From Haplodiscus bocki (taxonomy: Eukaryota), in contig OZ296654.1 in NCBI GenBank assembly GCA_965655095.1, positions 87,172,001 through 87,236,000 of the forward strand: a stretch of DNA of 64,000 bases. Reading direction: 5' to 3'. Numbering within the stretch: the first letter of the stretch is position 1; every line of letters starts with the position of its first letter. The position numbers and the translations under genes are program-made. The notes under the pieces were generated by a model that made no database searches, had not been told where the DNA came from, and saw only the letters and a program-made list of their open reading frames with translations. Positions 38,421 to 50,701 of the stretch are shown in pieces.

Positions 38421-38611
38421 TGTAGCTCTTACCATTTTCAAGAAATTGACAAAAGAGTATTTGTACAAGTATACGTATAATTATACCTATCATTCGTATT
38501 TGACTTCATGTAAGTATACTATATCAACATTGTGGATAAATATAAATATACCACTTACGACATGCAAAATGAAATGGATTTCTTGTAATATTGCAATGTG
38601 TTTGAATGTAT

Positions 38612-38998
38612 TCAGGATTTTGAGCAAGTTTTTTGGAAAAAGTGACGATGCTTTGTTGAAATCCGTAGTTTGAGATTGTGATGTAAATTTATATGAGAAA
38701 GATCACTAAAATTTTTTATTTTTAGTTCATTTATCTGATTAAATAAAAAACCAATTTCTCGAGAAACAGTTAATTTTTTGTTCAATTCATACAAACCCAT
38801 GTTTTTATCAGAAATTGTGATTTCAACTGTTTGATTATTAGTGATAATTGTAAAATTTGTATCTTATTCACATATAAGATCAAAAGTATGAAAATAATTA
38901 TGATGACAATCTCTAATGCAATCATCGATAATTGAATCTAACTTTTGATTAAGCGGGTTATTGAATTCATATTCTTTAACAAAAATATTATCATTCAT
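38612..38998 (-). pseudogene. Disrupted hypothetical Polinton gene
   Basis: TAAATG start at 38998 (MNDNIFVKEYEFNNP...DDCIRDCHHNYFHTFD), continuing into the 38612-38800 frame. Confidence 0.5.
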
Positions 38999-39121
38999 TT
39001 ATTAAAGAGAGATTTTATTGAAATAAAAAACTTTTTTCAAAAATAAATTGAGAAGTTTAAAAATGAAACACTATTCAATGATATTACTCTTGAATCATTT
39101 TCAATACAGATTTCATATAAC

Positions 39122-42100
39122 CTATATTATATAATAAGGGAGCATATGACCAAATTCGTTAGGTGGGTGTCTTTTTAATTCGTTTAAATTAGCTTCGAAT
39201 TGTTTATATCATCGATTTTGTTTTTAAATGTTGTACATAGTTTTCTATCTTTACAACCATTACATCGTCTCATTTTTGTTGGTATTATAAATCCGTTATT
39301 AAATGATTTTGGTAACATAGTTGATAATTATATTACCTTCTAACAGCCTTTTACTATCATTGAAACCTTCAAAAGTCATATGTTGTTGAACAATACCGCA
39401 TTCATGAATAGTTAAAACGTAATCTATTTTAGGAGCTAGAAATAAACCGTAAATGTTACCACCTATTTTGTAATCACTTTTACCCTGGCGTATTTCTTCT
39501 CCTTCTAAATTTGCTTTATCCAATACATCCCAATATTTTTTCTCTATATACAAGCTATCAGTTTCTCCGTAGTATATATTGTTATTATAAAACCCGTTTA
39601 CATCTCTAAAAAAATTCTTCATATTTCGTTTATTATTACTTAAGATAAAAGCTCCTAAAACTTCAGGTAGAGTATTTTTAGTATCAGAATCATCATCTAA
39701 CCTATCGTCTTTTTTCATCTTTACAATATAATTTCCTTTTAGTAGTCTCCAATGAACTAATACATTTTCATCAAAATTTGTTTTCATCCAAAATTCTGAT
39801 TTACAATGATATGATTCGTTAATATCTCTGCGTATTTGGACTCCGTATAAGGTGTTCACATTCAATTTAACTAACCATTGCATTAAATATTTTTTCGTCT
39901 TTATATTTTTGTCTTAAAGCAAACAACCTTTCTGAAACTTTTCTAAATGGTGATATAATAAAGTTTTCACGATAAATAACTCCTTCGTAAATCTTAATCA
40001 CTCTCCCACCAATTTTAAAGATTTCTTGAATATCAACAGATGTTAATGAGCTAGTGATATATTCATTTCGCATTCTGTTAAGTTCTATGTTTTTAACATT
40101 TCCTTTAACTGGTAGTTGTTAAAACATAAGATTAGGTGGATTGTAATATTTTATTCCTAATATAGCAGATTCGTCACCATCTTGGTTAAATATTTGAATA
40201 ATTAATGCTTCTACATAAACATCATTCTTATGTGGTTTAAAGGCAAATCCAGTTTCTATCTTAGGATACACTGAATTTTCATCCCACATAGCAAAAGGAT
40301 ATAAACTATTAGCATCATAATCCATTTGAGTAATATTTAAATCTAATTTAGACAACTCTTTATGAATTGTTAACATGTTAAGTTTTTCGTCAACAAAGTC
40401 AGTTTTTTCTTTTTGATCAATATCTCTATAATCATCAAATTTTGAATCGAATTCTTTTGCATTTTGTTTCTCAAGTTTGTTTAAAATTTCTGAATACTTT
40501 TCTAAAATCTCACAAATGTTACCAATAACGTTTAATTTTTTTGAAACAATTTTAAACACTCAATTTGAACTTTTAGATTTATAGTGTTGATTAAAAGCGT
40601 TACATCTGCCTCCTTTTATGCTTTGTCTTACAAAGTTTCTCATAAAGGGATCAGTAAAAGTATAAATTGGTTCATCGTCTTCATCTCTCAAACTATTGAA
40701 ATATTTATTTGCTAAAGATGGTAAAGTTAAGTTTTCATACCAAAATTAATTATTTCTTCCATACCCATTGTGTATCTAGCATAACAGAAAGCGGTTGATA
40801 ATACGTCGTTCTTAACATAAAGTAACCACTCGTTTTCTTTAGCTTCCCATGTTTCCTCCTAAATTTCATCATGTTCTAATACTTGTTTTAATACCGAAGG
40901 TTGTAGTTTAAAACTTTCTCCTATTTTTTTCAAACCCTTATCAATATGAACTCTCCCACATCTGAAATGTACGTGTTGAGGTGTTTTTTTTTGTTTTGAT
41001 CTACTTAACTGTTGAATACTTTGAGTGAAATAATACCAGCTCCGTTTTTAATTAGTTTAACAACACTTCGCCATTGAGTTAAATTATTTAATAACACATA
41101 ACTATCAAAACCGCTTACGCTGTGAGCTATCAAATATAGATTATTTTCAACAATTTTGTTTTTGACTTTTTTTAGTTCTCCTTTGAACGATAAAACATGA
41201 TCTAACATTTCATTAATACACCCAGTTCCTGTGAAAATAACACAATCATTTAGACATTTTTGATATTCTTGTTCTGATATGTCTCGGTGGTATTTACCAG
41301 AAATTTTACTTAGTTTATATATACAACTACAATAAGGAACAGCTCTGGTTTTATTGAAAGTCTCTAAATCATAAACAACTATATTAGTTAGTAGAGATTG
41401 GACTTTTTGAGGTTTGAATTCATATTTAATAAAACTTTTACCGTGTTTATCAGATACAACATTATCAACAACTTTAAAGCTTGGTTTTATTTCGTCTTCT
41501 ATTACTTGATTAAAACTAATATTATTTGATTTCCAAATTGAACAGAATTGATTATTATATATGAACAATGATGTATTTCTTCGAGTAAAGTTTCGTGGAT
41601 TTATTCTTGTTCCATCAAAACAACCGATGTTGAAATTATATTTCCTACAGAATTGTTGAAATCCAGAAGATGTCATTTCGTTAGACCTTCTTTGTTCAGA
41701 TCGAATAAAAAGTAAAACTTCTTCTGTATAATCTTTTTCAGTAAAATAATTAATACATTTGATAAAACACAATCCAGAAGTTGGTATACAACAGTTTTTT
41801 CTATGGTCTTCAACGATTCTGTGCATTTAATTAGAACCTTTGCCGTAAGCACTTCTTTTAAAAACTTTCAATTGAGGTGTATTTAGTTTATAACTGTAAC
41901 CAGTAAAAGTGACAACTTCAGAATCGTAATCGACATCTTTTGCTTTTATATAACTTTCAAAATCATCCATATTTTTAAATCTGACATTTGTTTCATGTTC
42001 AATAGATCCAATAATCATTAATCCATTTAACTCAAAATCGCCTGTGTAATCTTGTAAAATCTCATTTTTAATTTCATTCAAGTTTAAACTGTTAAAATAT

Positions 42101-42293
42101 ATTTTATTGCTTGTTGCTAATTCGAAAAATCTACCTAAGTCAATATCTTCATCTAATAAATTTTGACTTTTTTGCCTTCTTTCAATTTGTTTTTTTCTCT
42201 ATTTGATTCATTTTGGTTTCTAATTTAAGTTCTTCTTTTATTCAATTCGTATTGTTTTTAAGCAAATCGAGTTTTGTTCGTTACAATGTTCGT
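39122..42293 (-). pseudogene. polB: Protein-primed family B DNA polymerase (pPolB) with N-terminal terminal-protein region, multiply frameshifted
   Basis: Exo I VVYDLETF, Exo II IAHSVSGFDSY, Pol A MDYDANSLYPFAM, Pol B KLNVNTLYG and Pol C YYGETDSLY, spread across fragments 39299-42081. The start is inferred at a degraded TAAACG. Confidence 0.95.
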
Positions 42294-42352
42294 TTATAAG
42301 GAATAAAATTATTGAACTAAAAAAATGTATTCAATAGAACATAATAAATAAA

Positions 42353-42650
42353 ATGGATAATAAAACTTGTACCGTGTGTAATATTGAAAAACATATCAAA
42401 AATTTTTACAAACGCTATTCAGAATGCAAAGAGTGTAATATCAAAGGAGGAGTAAAACGCTACTATGATAAAAAAAAAGATAAAATATCAATTCAACAAC
42501 AATTATGTTACAAAAAAATAGAGATAAACTATTACAAAAATAAATTGATTACAGAAACAAAAGAAACACAGATTAAAAAGACTTAATTAAATCCTATGTT
42601 GAATTGCAAAATAAATGAAAAATATTAGAAGAAAAGGTAAAGAATGATTA
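42353..42650 (+). pseudogene. Small CxxC...CxxC zinc-finger protein with coiled-coil tail
   Basis: CTVCNIEKHIKNFYKRYSECKEC, followed by a frameshifted Lys/Glu-rich tail. Confidence 0.55.
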
Positions 42651-42780
42651 AGTATAATTACACATGCTATTGTATGTAAACACAAAAAAAATTATATGTA
42701 AACACAAATTAAAATACTCATATTTTTGTATGTATACACAATTATAACTACTCATATAAATGTATGTTTACAAAATATAA

Positions 42781-43638
42781 ATGAATCAGAAAAACATTAA
42801 AATTTTTATAAACGATATCTATTCAAAACCACCGAGAAAGAATTATGCTACAAACAAAACAGACGTTTATCATACTGATGACATTTGGAGTTTAGATAAA
42901 TTAGACCTCAAGAATTAAGGTCCTAAAAATAACAGAGGATACAGATATGTTTTAGTTATCATAGACATTTTCTCAACATTTGGTTGGACATTTCCTTTAA
43001 AAAATAAAAGTGCTCAAACAATAAAAGACTATTTCGAAATTATTAATATAAGTTCGAAAAGAAAACCAAAATTAATTGAATTAGGAAGAGGTGAAGAATT
43101 TTATAACAATATTTTTTAAGATAACCTAAAAAAAAATATATCAAAATTTATTCTAGAAATAGCTATATAGTTCTTATGGCGCTGTTTTTGCAGAACGCTT
43201 TAAAAGAACTATAAGAGATCTTCTTAAAAGACCTGTTTTCGAAAAGGTGATGGTATATGGATTGATATATTACCTACAATAACAAAACAAAATAATAATC
43301 GAATACATTCATCGACTAAGTTGACACCGATTCAAGCTAGTTTGAAAAAGAATGAAGGATTCGTTTGCAATATTTTATTAGACAAACGAAAAAGAATAAG
43401 TCCAAAGTTTCAAGTGAACGGTCTCGTTAGAACAGCTGATTTAAAGAAAACGTTTTCAAAAGGAGATACGACTAACTTGTCTTATAAAGTGTATAAAAAT
43501 ACAGAAATTATCAGTGATATAATACCAAGTTGTAAAACCGACAATTTAAAAGAAAGACATAACGAAGCCTTGTTGGAAAAGACAGAGTTAACGATGAAAG
43601 AGGACGATAGTGTTATGAAAAAATTACACATCACCTAA
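42781..43638 (+). pseudogene. int: Retroviral-type (rve, DDE) integrase of the Polinton
   Basis: MNQKNIKIF...DDIWSLD...YRYVLVIIDIFSTFGWTFPLKNK...ELGRGEEFYN (degraded SDRG)...AVFAERFKRTI...HSSTKLTP...FQVNGLVR...FSKG. Contains stops and frameshifts. Confidence 0.92.
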
Positions 43639-44874
43639 ATCAACTTGAAGAGACGTTGACTATCACTGCTTTTACTTATTAATCTGTTCGTTAACACTAA
43701 AGCATATCCATATATACCAGCAGGAACAACTCCCTCAAATTTGAACTCTACTTTAATTGGTTGAGCTGATTCAAAATTTTTCTGATATTTATATCGAAAA
43801 CGTTTAAATTATAACCAATATTATTACCATCATTGAATGATCTAAAATCGTGATCACTTATATATGGTTTAAAAATATCATCTTTTGTAAGAGCTCTAAA
43901 AACTTCTTTAATTTGACTATATCCCTAACTATAATCATCATCGTTATAAATTAACAACATAGCTGAATCAGGATATTTTTCGGTCCCTATAATTCATTGA
44001 GCGAATATTACAGGAGGTCTATAAAAAGAATCGTTGTTTAAATTTTGATCCTGTTGCCGATCATTTTGTTGGAAACCTACAATAATCCATATAGGAACGT
44101 TTATTCCTTCTTGAGTGCCTAATTCAAAGTCCATAAATTTTGAGTTTTTATCTCTTTCATGAAAACAGACCTTTCCACATATCTAGGCTCTGTAGGTTTT
44201 TTATCTACAATCTGACCCATCATTATTTTTTCCTGGGCAAGCGATGGTGTATAATGGGGAACGTACCAATCAAGACTGTTAATTTTAATTTTAGCATTGT
44301 TGGTTGCGTTAGCTTTGTTCAAAACAGCGTTATCACTGTTTCGTGTTAATGTCAGCTTGTAGCCGAGACCATAAGTTTCTTTTTCTTGGTGTTGGGCAAA
44401 ACCAAAATATCTTGCAACATAATTGTCACATGATATTTACCTTTTGTTATTAGTCAACTCTCTTTTTCTCCTCTCACGATCACGATCAAATCTAATAGAC
44501 ATATTGTCAGTATTTCTGGCACTTGCTATAAGTTTATACATTAAACAAGCTATTTTTGCATGGTTTATTTCTTCGATATGTTTCCCACTGCTTGTCTATA
44601 GCTTATTATTACTGAATAAAGCAATTGGACCTTCATTCACTATTCGTATATCATCACCGTCTATATAACTGTTATTCGTAGCAGCATGTAATACATCAAA
44701 GTTTATTCTCAGGAGACTACCTAACAAACTCTTAACAGAACCTCCTCTAGGAATAATATTTTATATTTGAGAATTAGCTGTAATTATTGTGCTTATTTCT
44801 GACAGCGAATACCTAATAAAATCACATTTTGAAATATTTTTATTTATTTCATACTTTTCATTCAGTTTAAACAT
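43635..44874 (-). pseudogene. Major capsid protein (double jelly-roll, PY/hexon-like)
   Basis: Manual translation gives FGFAQHQEKETYGLGYKLTLTRNSDNA, KIKINSLDWYVPHYTP, PIWIIVGFQQ, IGTEKYP and C-terminal GIYGYALVL. About 410 codons. Converges on the integrase stop. Confidence 0.82.
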
Positions 44875-44941
44875 TTAAGATGTGAGAAGACTGGAGTAAT
44901 TATAGTTATTCATGTAACGGGTTACATTTAATTAAAATTTG

Positions 44942-45750
44942 CTATGGTTGTTTCTTATATAAACATTTGTATTCTGAAAACTTATCAACTATAGCAACAA
45001 TTTCTTCATCAATTGTTTTAGAAGTAATACCAGCGTGTTTTTCTTGAAGTAACAATTTCAATCTATCACACAGTTCGTTGGGATCAGATGGTAAAAATCT
45101 TCTTTTACAAATCCCACAAGCAGAAACCAGTAAACCTGTTGATTTAAGTAATTTTATAAGAGTTCTATCACGAGTAGATTTATTACTCTGAGCTTTTGTA
45201 TCAAAATTCTTTCGCAAAACCATACGTTAATTTCTTATCCTGCAAGCTAGCAAGATCAACGTTACAGGTTTTGTTGGTTATCATTTTTAAAGGATCTCTT
45301 TGTAGCTCCAATTTTTTAACTGTATCACGAATAGTTATCAATTTGTTATACAAAGTAAGTGGTATTGAGTTGTGTATTAACAAGTCATTAACTCTATTTG
45401 AAGTAGTATCTTTTAATAGTTTGAATTGACTAGTATTTTCAGGATTTGTTATTGTAGATAGAGGAGACATCAAATAAGATGCTAATATACCTTTATCATT
45501 CATGATTTCAAAAAGTTTGTTGTTTAAGTTTTCTAGTGCTTTGTTGTTGTTACTGGAATTTTCAGTCATAGTTTTTGTTATATCTTGTGAGGCATTTTCA
45601 GGTGATATGGTAACTGGTTCAAAAACTTTTTTCATAACTTCATCAAAAATTTTGTTTTCCTAGTTTACCTTGTAATCTTACTGCTTTTACCTGATTTTGT
45701 AATGAAGCCAGCTCTTCTAATTCTTTTAAGTCTTTAATTGGAAAAACCAC
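44942..45750 (-). pseudogene. Conserved Polinton accessory protein with a C-terminal DPNELxDRL motif
   Basis: FLPSDPNELCDRLKLLLQEKHAG...EEIVAIVDK in 44942-45223. N-terminal coiled-coil fragments at 45201-45750. Confidence 0.7.
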
Positions 45751-45845
45751 TTAAAAGACTTGAAAACACAGTCTTGTTTTGTTTCTGAAACAGATATGAA
45801 TGCTATATCTTCCTTGATATTTAAAATGTTTGTTTATGGTTTTGT

Positions 45846-46659
45846 TCATATACTTTGAAAAGGTTCAGTTTCACAAATACATTCAATATATGTGTTTTTA
45901 CTTTCATTGAGAAAACGATATTTGCCTTCATTTTTATTTTAAGTCATATCAATACATAGGTAGTTAAATTTTTCACTCCATGCAACCCGACACACTTTCT
46001 TAAATTCATCATATATCATATCAAAAGCTCCGATATTATAACACATACTTTGAACACCCCTGAGTGTTTGTTTAATCTAAATATTCTATCACTGTTATTT
46101 CTAATGCTTTGTCTCGGTAAACCGAAATAGCTTTGACTAAAAGAATAAACGTCTAAATCTTCATGTCTTCCTCTAGTAAAAAATTCATCTCTTTGAGAAC
46201 TGTTTCGAGTTCCTAGTATACCGTCAAAAAATAAAACTGATCCCTTGTAATTGTTTATTGGTTTAATTTCATTGCTTGTTTTATTATTTGGATATTGATT
46301 GGGAGATCGAGTTATTATATGAAGCTGTTTTTGGTTACCTATTTTTTAAGTATTTTGAGCATGTAATAAGTTTTGCCTACGTTGCTTGGGCCAATAAAGA
46401 GGTGACGATGATTTTCATATGTTGAAACAATAACGTTGTTGTCTTTGTTATTATTAAAGTTTTCAATAATTGGTAAGAATATTTGGTAAAAATGTTTAGT
46501 AAAAATTTTTGGTAAGAACTAAAAATTTTATTTGGGGGTAAAGTGTTATTTTTGTTATTTCTTTTATTTTTATTAAAACAGGTCTTACAAACAGTTCTAT
46601 CTTTCTTATATTTATTTTTTATCTCTCATTATGTCATATGCACTACAATTTCGATTCAT
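45846..46659 (-). pseudogene. A32/FtsK-like DNA packaging ATPase
   Basis: Walker A IGPSNVGKT (about 46370-46395), degraded Walker B VLFFDG, FTRGRH, and SQSYFGLPRQSIRNN. Confidence 0.9.
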
Positions 46660-46839
46660 TTAATAAACAGAACAGTTCACATTAAGCAGAACAGTTCACA
46701 TTATCATTGAACAGAACAGTTAATAACTAGTTAAAACAGAACAGAACAGTTAACATTAAACATAAACATTTTTAAGTTCTAGGTTGAAATTTTAATTTAT
46801 TATTACTGAAAAAGATTAATTTTATTTTTATATTCAAGT

Positions 46840-47371
46840 TTATGGACAAGATTCGTTTTTGTTTTCATCAACTTTTTCAGTAAATTTGTTACAAAGACTT
46901 TCGTTTTCACATTTATCAATTAAATTATCTTGTAAAATTTTTCTCTATAATTTATCGAAAGATTTAATAGTTTGTTGGTCATTTTCATGTTGGTTTTTTA
47001 ATAATTGTGTTTACTTATAATTATCTCATATAATACTTTATTAGCACTTTATTTTCCATATGCTGTTGCAATTGAAACTGGTTTCACTATCAAATTAATT
47101 CCCGTAAGACTTAACGTAATACAACTCGACGTTGTGGCAATAATACCAAATATATCGAATGATTTTAATAGTGTAGTTATTGTTTTATATCTTTTATATT
47201 TCTTTTTGGATTTATTATTTTTGTCTTTAAAGTAAGTTATCATTTCTTTAATGTTGTTGATGTGGTTATCAAAACTATCAACATCATTTAATTTTTTTCC
47301 ACTCTTTCTTCAAGATCAATATTTTTTTCTAATGGTGCAGATGGGTATAATCTATCTGTTTTTTGGTCCAT
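46840..47371 (-). pseudogene. Putative membrane-associated protein with hydrophobic hairpin (adintovirus 'GasderminX'-like layout)
   Basis: MDQKTDRLYPSAPL, a coiled coil, KKKYKRYK, a hydrophobic segment (FDIFGIIATTSSCITLSLTGINLIV) and C-terminal LQDNLID. The family assignment is tentative. Confidence 0.55.
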
Positions 47372-47386
47372 TTATCATATAAAAAC

Positions 47387-47786
47387 TTAAACAAAAATTC
47401 CAAGATAAAAGCTTTTGCCTGTGTGATAGAAATTAATTACTTCAGGTAATGTTGATAGTGATGCTTTTGGATTTCTACTTGCAGCTGCGGTAGCTATATT
47501 GGAACCGATTTCAAGAAATCTAGCTGGATTTTTGAGTGCATCAGTTGCCAAATTTTTAACAGCTTTAGCAGGAATGATTCCCAAACTTTTGAAAAAACTA
47601 CCCAGACCTTCTGCTTTTATTGTGTTATCTCTAACGGTCATAGATTTTTTTTCTTTTACAAATTGAACAATAACCGATTAGTACTTTACTACCTTTACTT
47701 GTTTTACTAACATAAATGTTTTTTGTAGCAGCTATGTGTCTACGACCAACACAATAACTATTCGATCTAAAAATAGTGAAGGTCAT
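47387..47786 (-). pseudogene. Putative membrane-lytic core protein (adenovirus pVI / 'cupiennin'-like) with Cys-containing N-terminus
   Basis: YCVG...YCSICKRKKS, then IKAEG|LGSFFKSLGIIPAKAVKNLA as an amphipathic helix. One frameshift. Confidence 0.55.
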
Positions 47787-47821
47787 TTATTATATAAACA
47801 ATTGTATGTACACATGTTAGT

Positions 47822-48928
47822 TCAGAATTTAATCATTTGTAATGTAAAAGTCAACGTTTCTCCGTTAAAATTAACTTCCTCGTTATTATCATCTTCTAAA
47901 TAAAAAGTTATAGTTTTCAAAACAGATTTATTGATTTTTTTAAAGCGTATTGTTTCAGGTTCACAGGAGACTTTGTATCCGGACAGTTTGTCTAAAACAA
48001 AACTAAAGAGAATTGGTTAATTGGTTGTCTTAAACCGTTTCTTACAGAGCCATCAATAACATCACATTTGAAGTGTATTTTATTAGTGCTATTTAGATTT
48101 ACAATTTTTTGGCTAGTGTATTCAATATAGTGTTTATAATCCCAACCTGGAGTAAAACCGAGAACAGTACTGAAAAATGATTTTTCATCAAGTCTTATGG
48201 CTATAATACCAAGTCTTACAACTAATTCAGTTTTTTTGTTAATGTCATTTAATTCAATATCAATTGTATCAATTGCATTGAAATTTCCTTCATATTCAGG
48301 TTGAAAAAGCTTGAAAGAAACTCAAACATCTTTAAACGTGTATATACCGGGTGGAATTTCATCAGTGATAAAACTTGATTTGGATTCATCTAAAACCAAT
48401 TTAATATCATTTTCAACCAGATCAGATTCTGTTCTGAGAAACTTTCAAAATCTTGAAATATAGAACTAGTATAACCAGATAAAATAAACATACATTTGTC
48501 ATCTTTCATTCTTTTTTTTACTTATTCTCTATATTTTTTAATAATAATTGGAGTTATTATATCATCTTCTAAATCGGTAGCTGAAATATCTGAAATTCCC
48601 AAGTCTTTTTCAATCTCATCTCTGAATTTTGTGTATGAAACGCCACCAATGTTTTCAACAGGAAATTTATAAACTTCGAAATTGCTATTTTCTTCTGTTA
48701 TGTTGAAAATCGAATTGTACATTTCAAAATCTGTTAATCCAATCATCCAAGATCCTTCAATCGAGTTAGATTGATTAAAATGAAAAGTTTCTTTCGATTT
48801 GTGAAGCTTGAATTCGAGTGTTTCTTGTGGTTTAGTATGAGTCTGTTTAATAAGTGTTTCACAACTTTAGTTATTGAAAGTAGTAAATCTTCTTTTTCAT
48901 TTTTAGGTTGAATCATATTTAGGTTCAT
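47822..48928 (-). pseudogene. Minor capsid protein (penton) paralogue 1
   Basis: WMIGLTDFEMYNSIFNITEENSNF, IPPGIY, VLGF, IHFKCDVIDGS, FSFVLD and ITFYLEDDNNEEVNFNGETLTFTL. Confidence 0.8.
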
Positions 48929-49024
48929 TTACACTCGCATAATTGTAAAATACACATATAATTTTACGTATACCTTGTATAAATAATAAGACATTTTCTT
49001 ATACTTGTATGTATATAAATACAA

Positions 49025-50098
49025 TTAATAAATTTTAATGAGTTGTTAAGTAAAACTTATCGTTTCTCCAATATATTCAACATGTTTGTAATCATCGTCC
49101 TCAAAGTGGAAATTGATATGAGACAGCACTGATTAATTTTTTGTCTTTTTAAAAAGTTTTACTTTTGGTTCTTTAAATATTTTATGACCGGGAGGCGAAG
49201 ACAAAGCAAAACTGTACAAAAGTGGTTCTCTGCAACAGTTCACTATGCTTCCTTGAATGCAATCTGCTTTAAGGTGCACTTTATCAATCCCTGTAATGTT
49301 GATTGGTCTATCACTTTTATACGATCCTGAAATCAATTGATAAAATCCATCTATATCATCTAGAGGATAAAACGTGATCGAGTAAAACCTAAAATTGTTT
49401 TAGCAAAATATTCTTTAGTGAATATTAAAGTTTGATTGATTTTTAATTTGGAATTTAATCTAACATCATCAATAGTAATACTTAATTTCAAATTATCGGG
49501 TAAAATAAACTTTAAGGTGTTGTTTAAATCAACCACTTCATAAATACCTGGGTTTATGGAATAGCCTATTCATTTTGCAGGAATATATTTTAAATATAGA
49601 ATATCTATAAACTCATCGTATATTAGTTGCATTCTGTAAACTAAATCTTCAAGATCATTGTATTTTGGGTTTTTTAATTCTTCAAGTATCTCGTTTTTTT
49701 TAAAATCAAAGTCTGATATTTTATATTCATTGTCTCCTAATTTTATTTTACTACCTCTTTCTCTAACTTCTTTCACAAGTAATTCAAAAGACCTAAGCTT
49801 TAATAAATTTTTTAGTTCGTCAAAAGTTTGTTCAGCAGATTTTATACTCCCAATGGCCTGGTATAGTGATTGAAAAACTATTGTTTTCATCAGTTATAAT
49901 AAAAACAAAATTTGTACACTCAAACGAACTCACTGCGAGAAGCCATTTTCCCTCTTCAAATAAAATTATTGGAGGATTAAACGAAAACGTTTGCATTTGC
50001 ATATTCATTTTATATTCAAGCGTTTCTTGTGGTTTTGTTTTTGTTTGCTCATTCAGCGTATCTTTATGCTTTTTAATTAAAAGTAACAATTTAATCTT
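49025..50098 (-). pseudogene. Minor capsid protein (penton) paralogue 2
   Basis: WLLAVSSFECTNFVFIITDENNSF, INPGIYEV, ILGF, VHLKADCIQGSIVN, LYSFALSSPPGHKI and FEDDDYKHVEYIGETISFT. Confidence 0.8.
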
Positions 50099-50283
50099 TT
50101 AGGGATGCCAAATCCACTTGCTGCTACATTTTTAAGGAACTTTTTATTGTTTGTGAATTATTCTTGTTTTGTTTACGAGGAAGTGAACCAGTTTTTTTTT
50201 GGTTTAATCTCTTTTTCTTTTGTTTGTTCACTTTTTGGAACAATTCTAACACTGTTATCAATTGTTAATTTTCTCCACACCAT
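50099..50283 (-). pseudogene. Small basic putative core protein
   Basis: TAAATG start, Lys-rich, ends NVAASG|FGIP (adenain-site-like). Internal stops. Confidence 0.3.
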
Positions 50284-50701
50284 TTAAAAATAACAAATAC
50301 TTTGGTAATACAAATTCAAAACAGCAGACTTAAAATCTATTCCTAAAACTTTTGTCAAGTAAATTAAATATAAACAATAACTCGAACAAAAACTTTCTTT
50401 TTTTGTGTTTGATGTTCTGAATAAAAGCAAAAACCATTTCGTTTTATAATAAATTTGGATAGTTTCTTTGGACAGACACATCCATAACTATCAAAATATT
50501 TCCATTTATATAGCAAACCCAATAAGTACCTTTCGAAGGATGTAAATTTACAATACCAAAATCAGATTTAAATGGACTGTCTCTTAAATAGGTTCCAACA
50601 TCATCCAAAGATAAAGATAAAAGGACTTGTTGAATTTTTATATTTGATGTTGCTTTAATTTTTAAATTGTTTTTATGAACAAAATCTTTGAACGTCATCA
50701 T
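50284..50701 (-). pseudogene. Adenain-like cysteine maturation protease
   Basis: GIVNLHPSKGTYWVCY (catalytic His mutated to Tyr), FDSYG after a frameshift, and Q...ESFCSSYCLY (catalytic Cys). Confidence 0.85.

Larger units (their letters stand above)
36500..38613 (+). repeat. Left terminal inverted repeat (about 2.1 kb)
   Basis: Reverse complement of 56920-58761. Starts AATAAAATAGTATATTGCGGATTTGCCACTAACC. Contains two terminal-motif copies and four units of about 155 bp. Confidence 0.93.
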
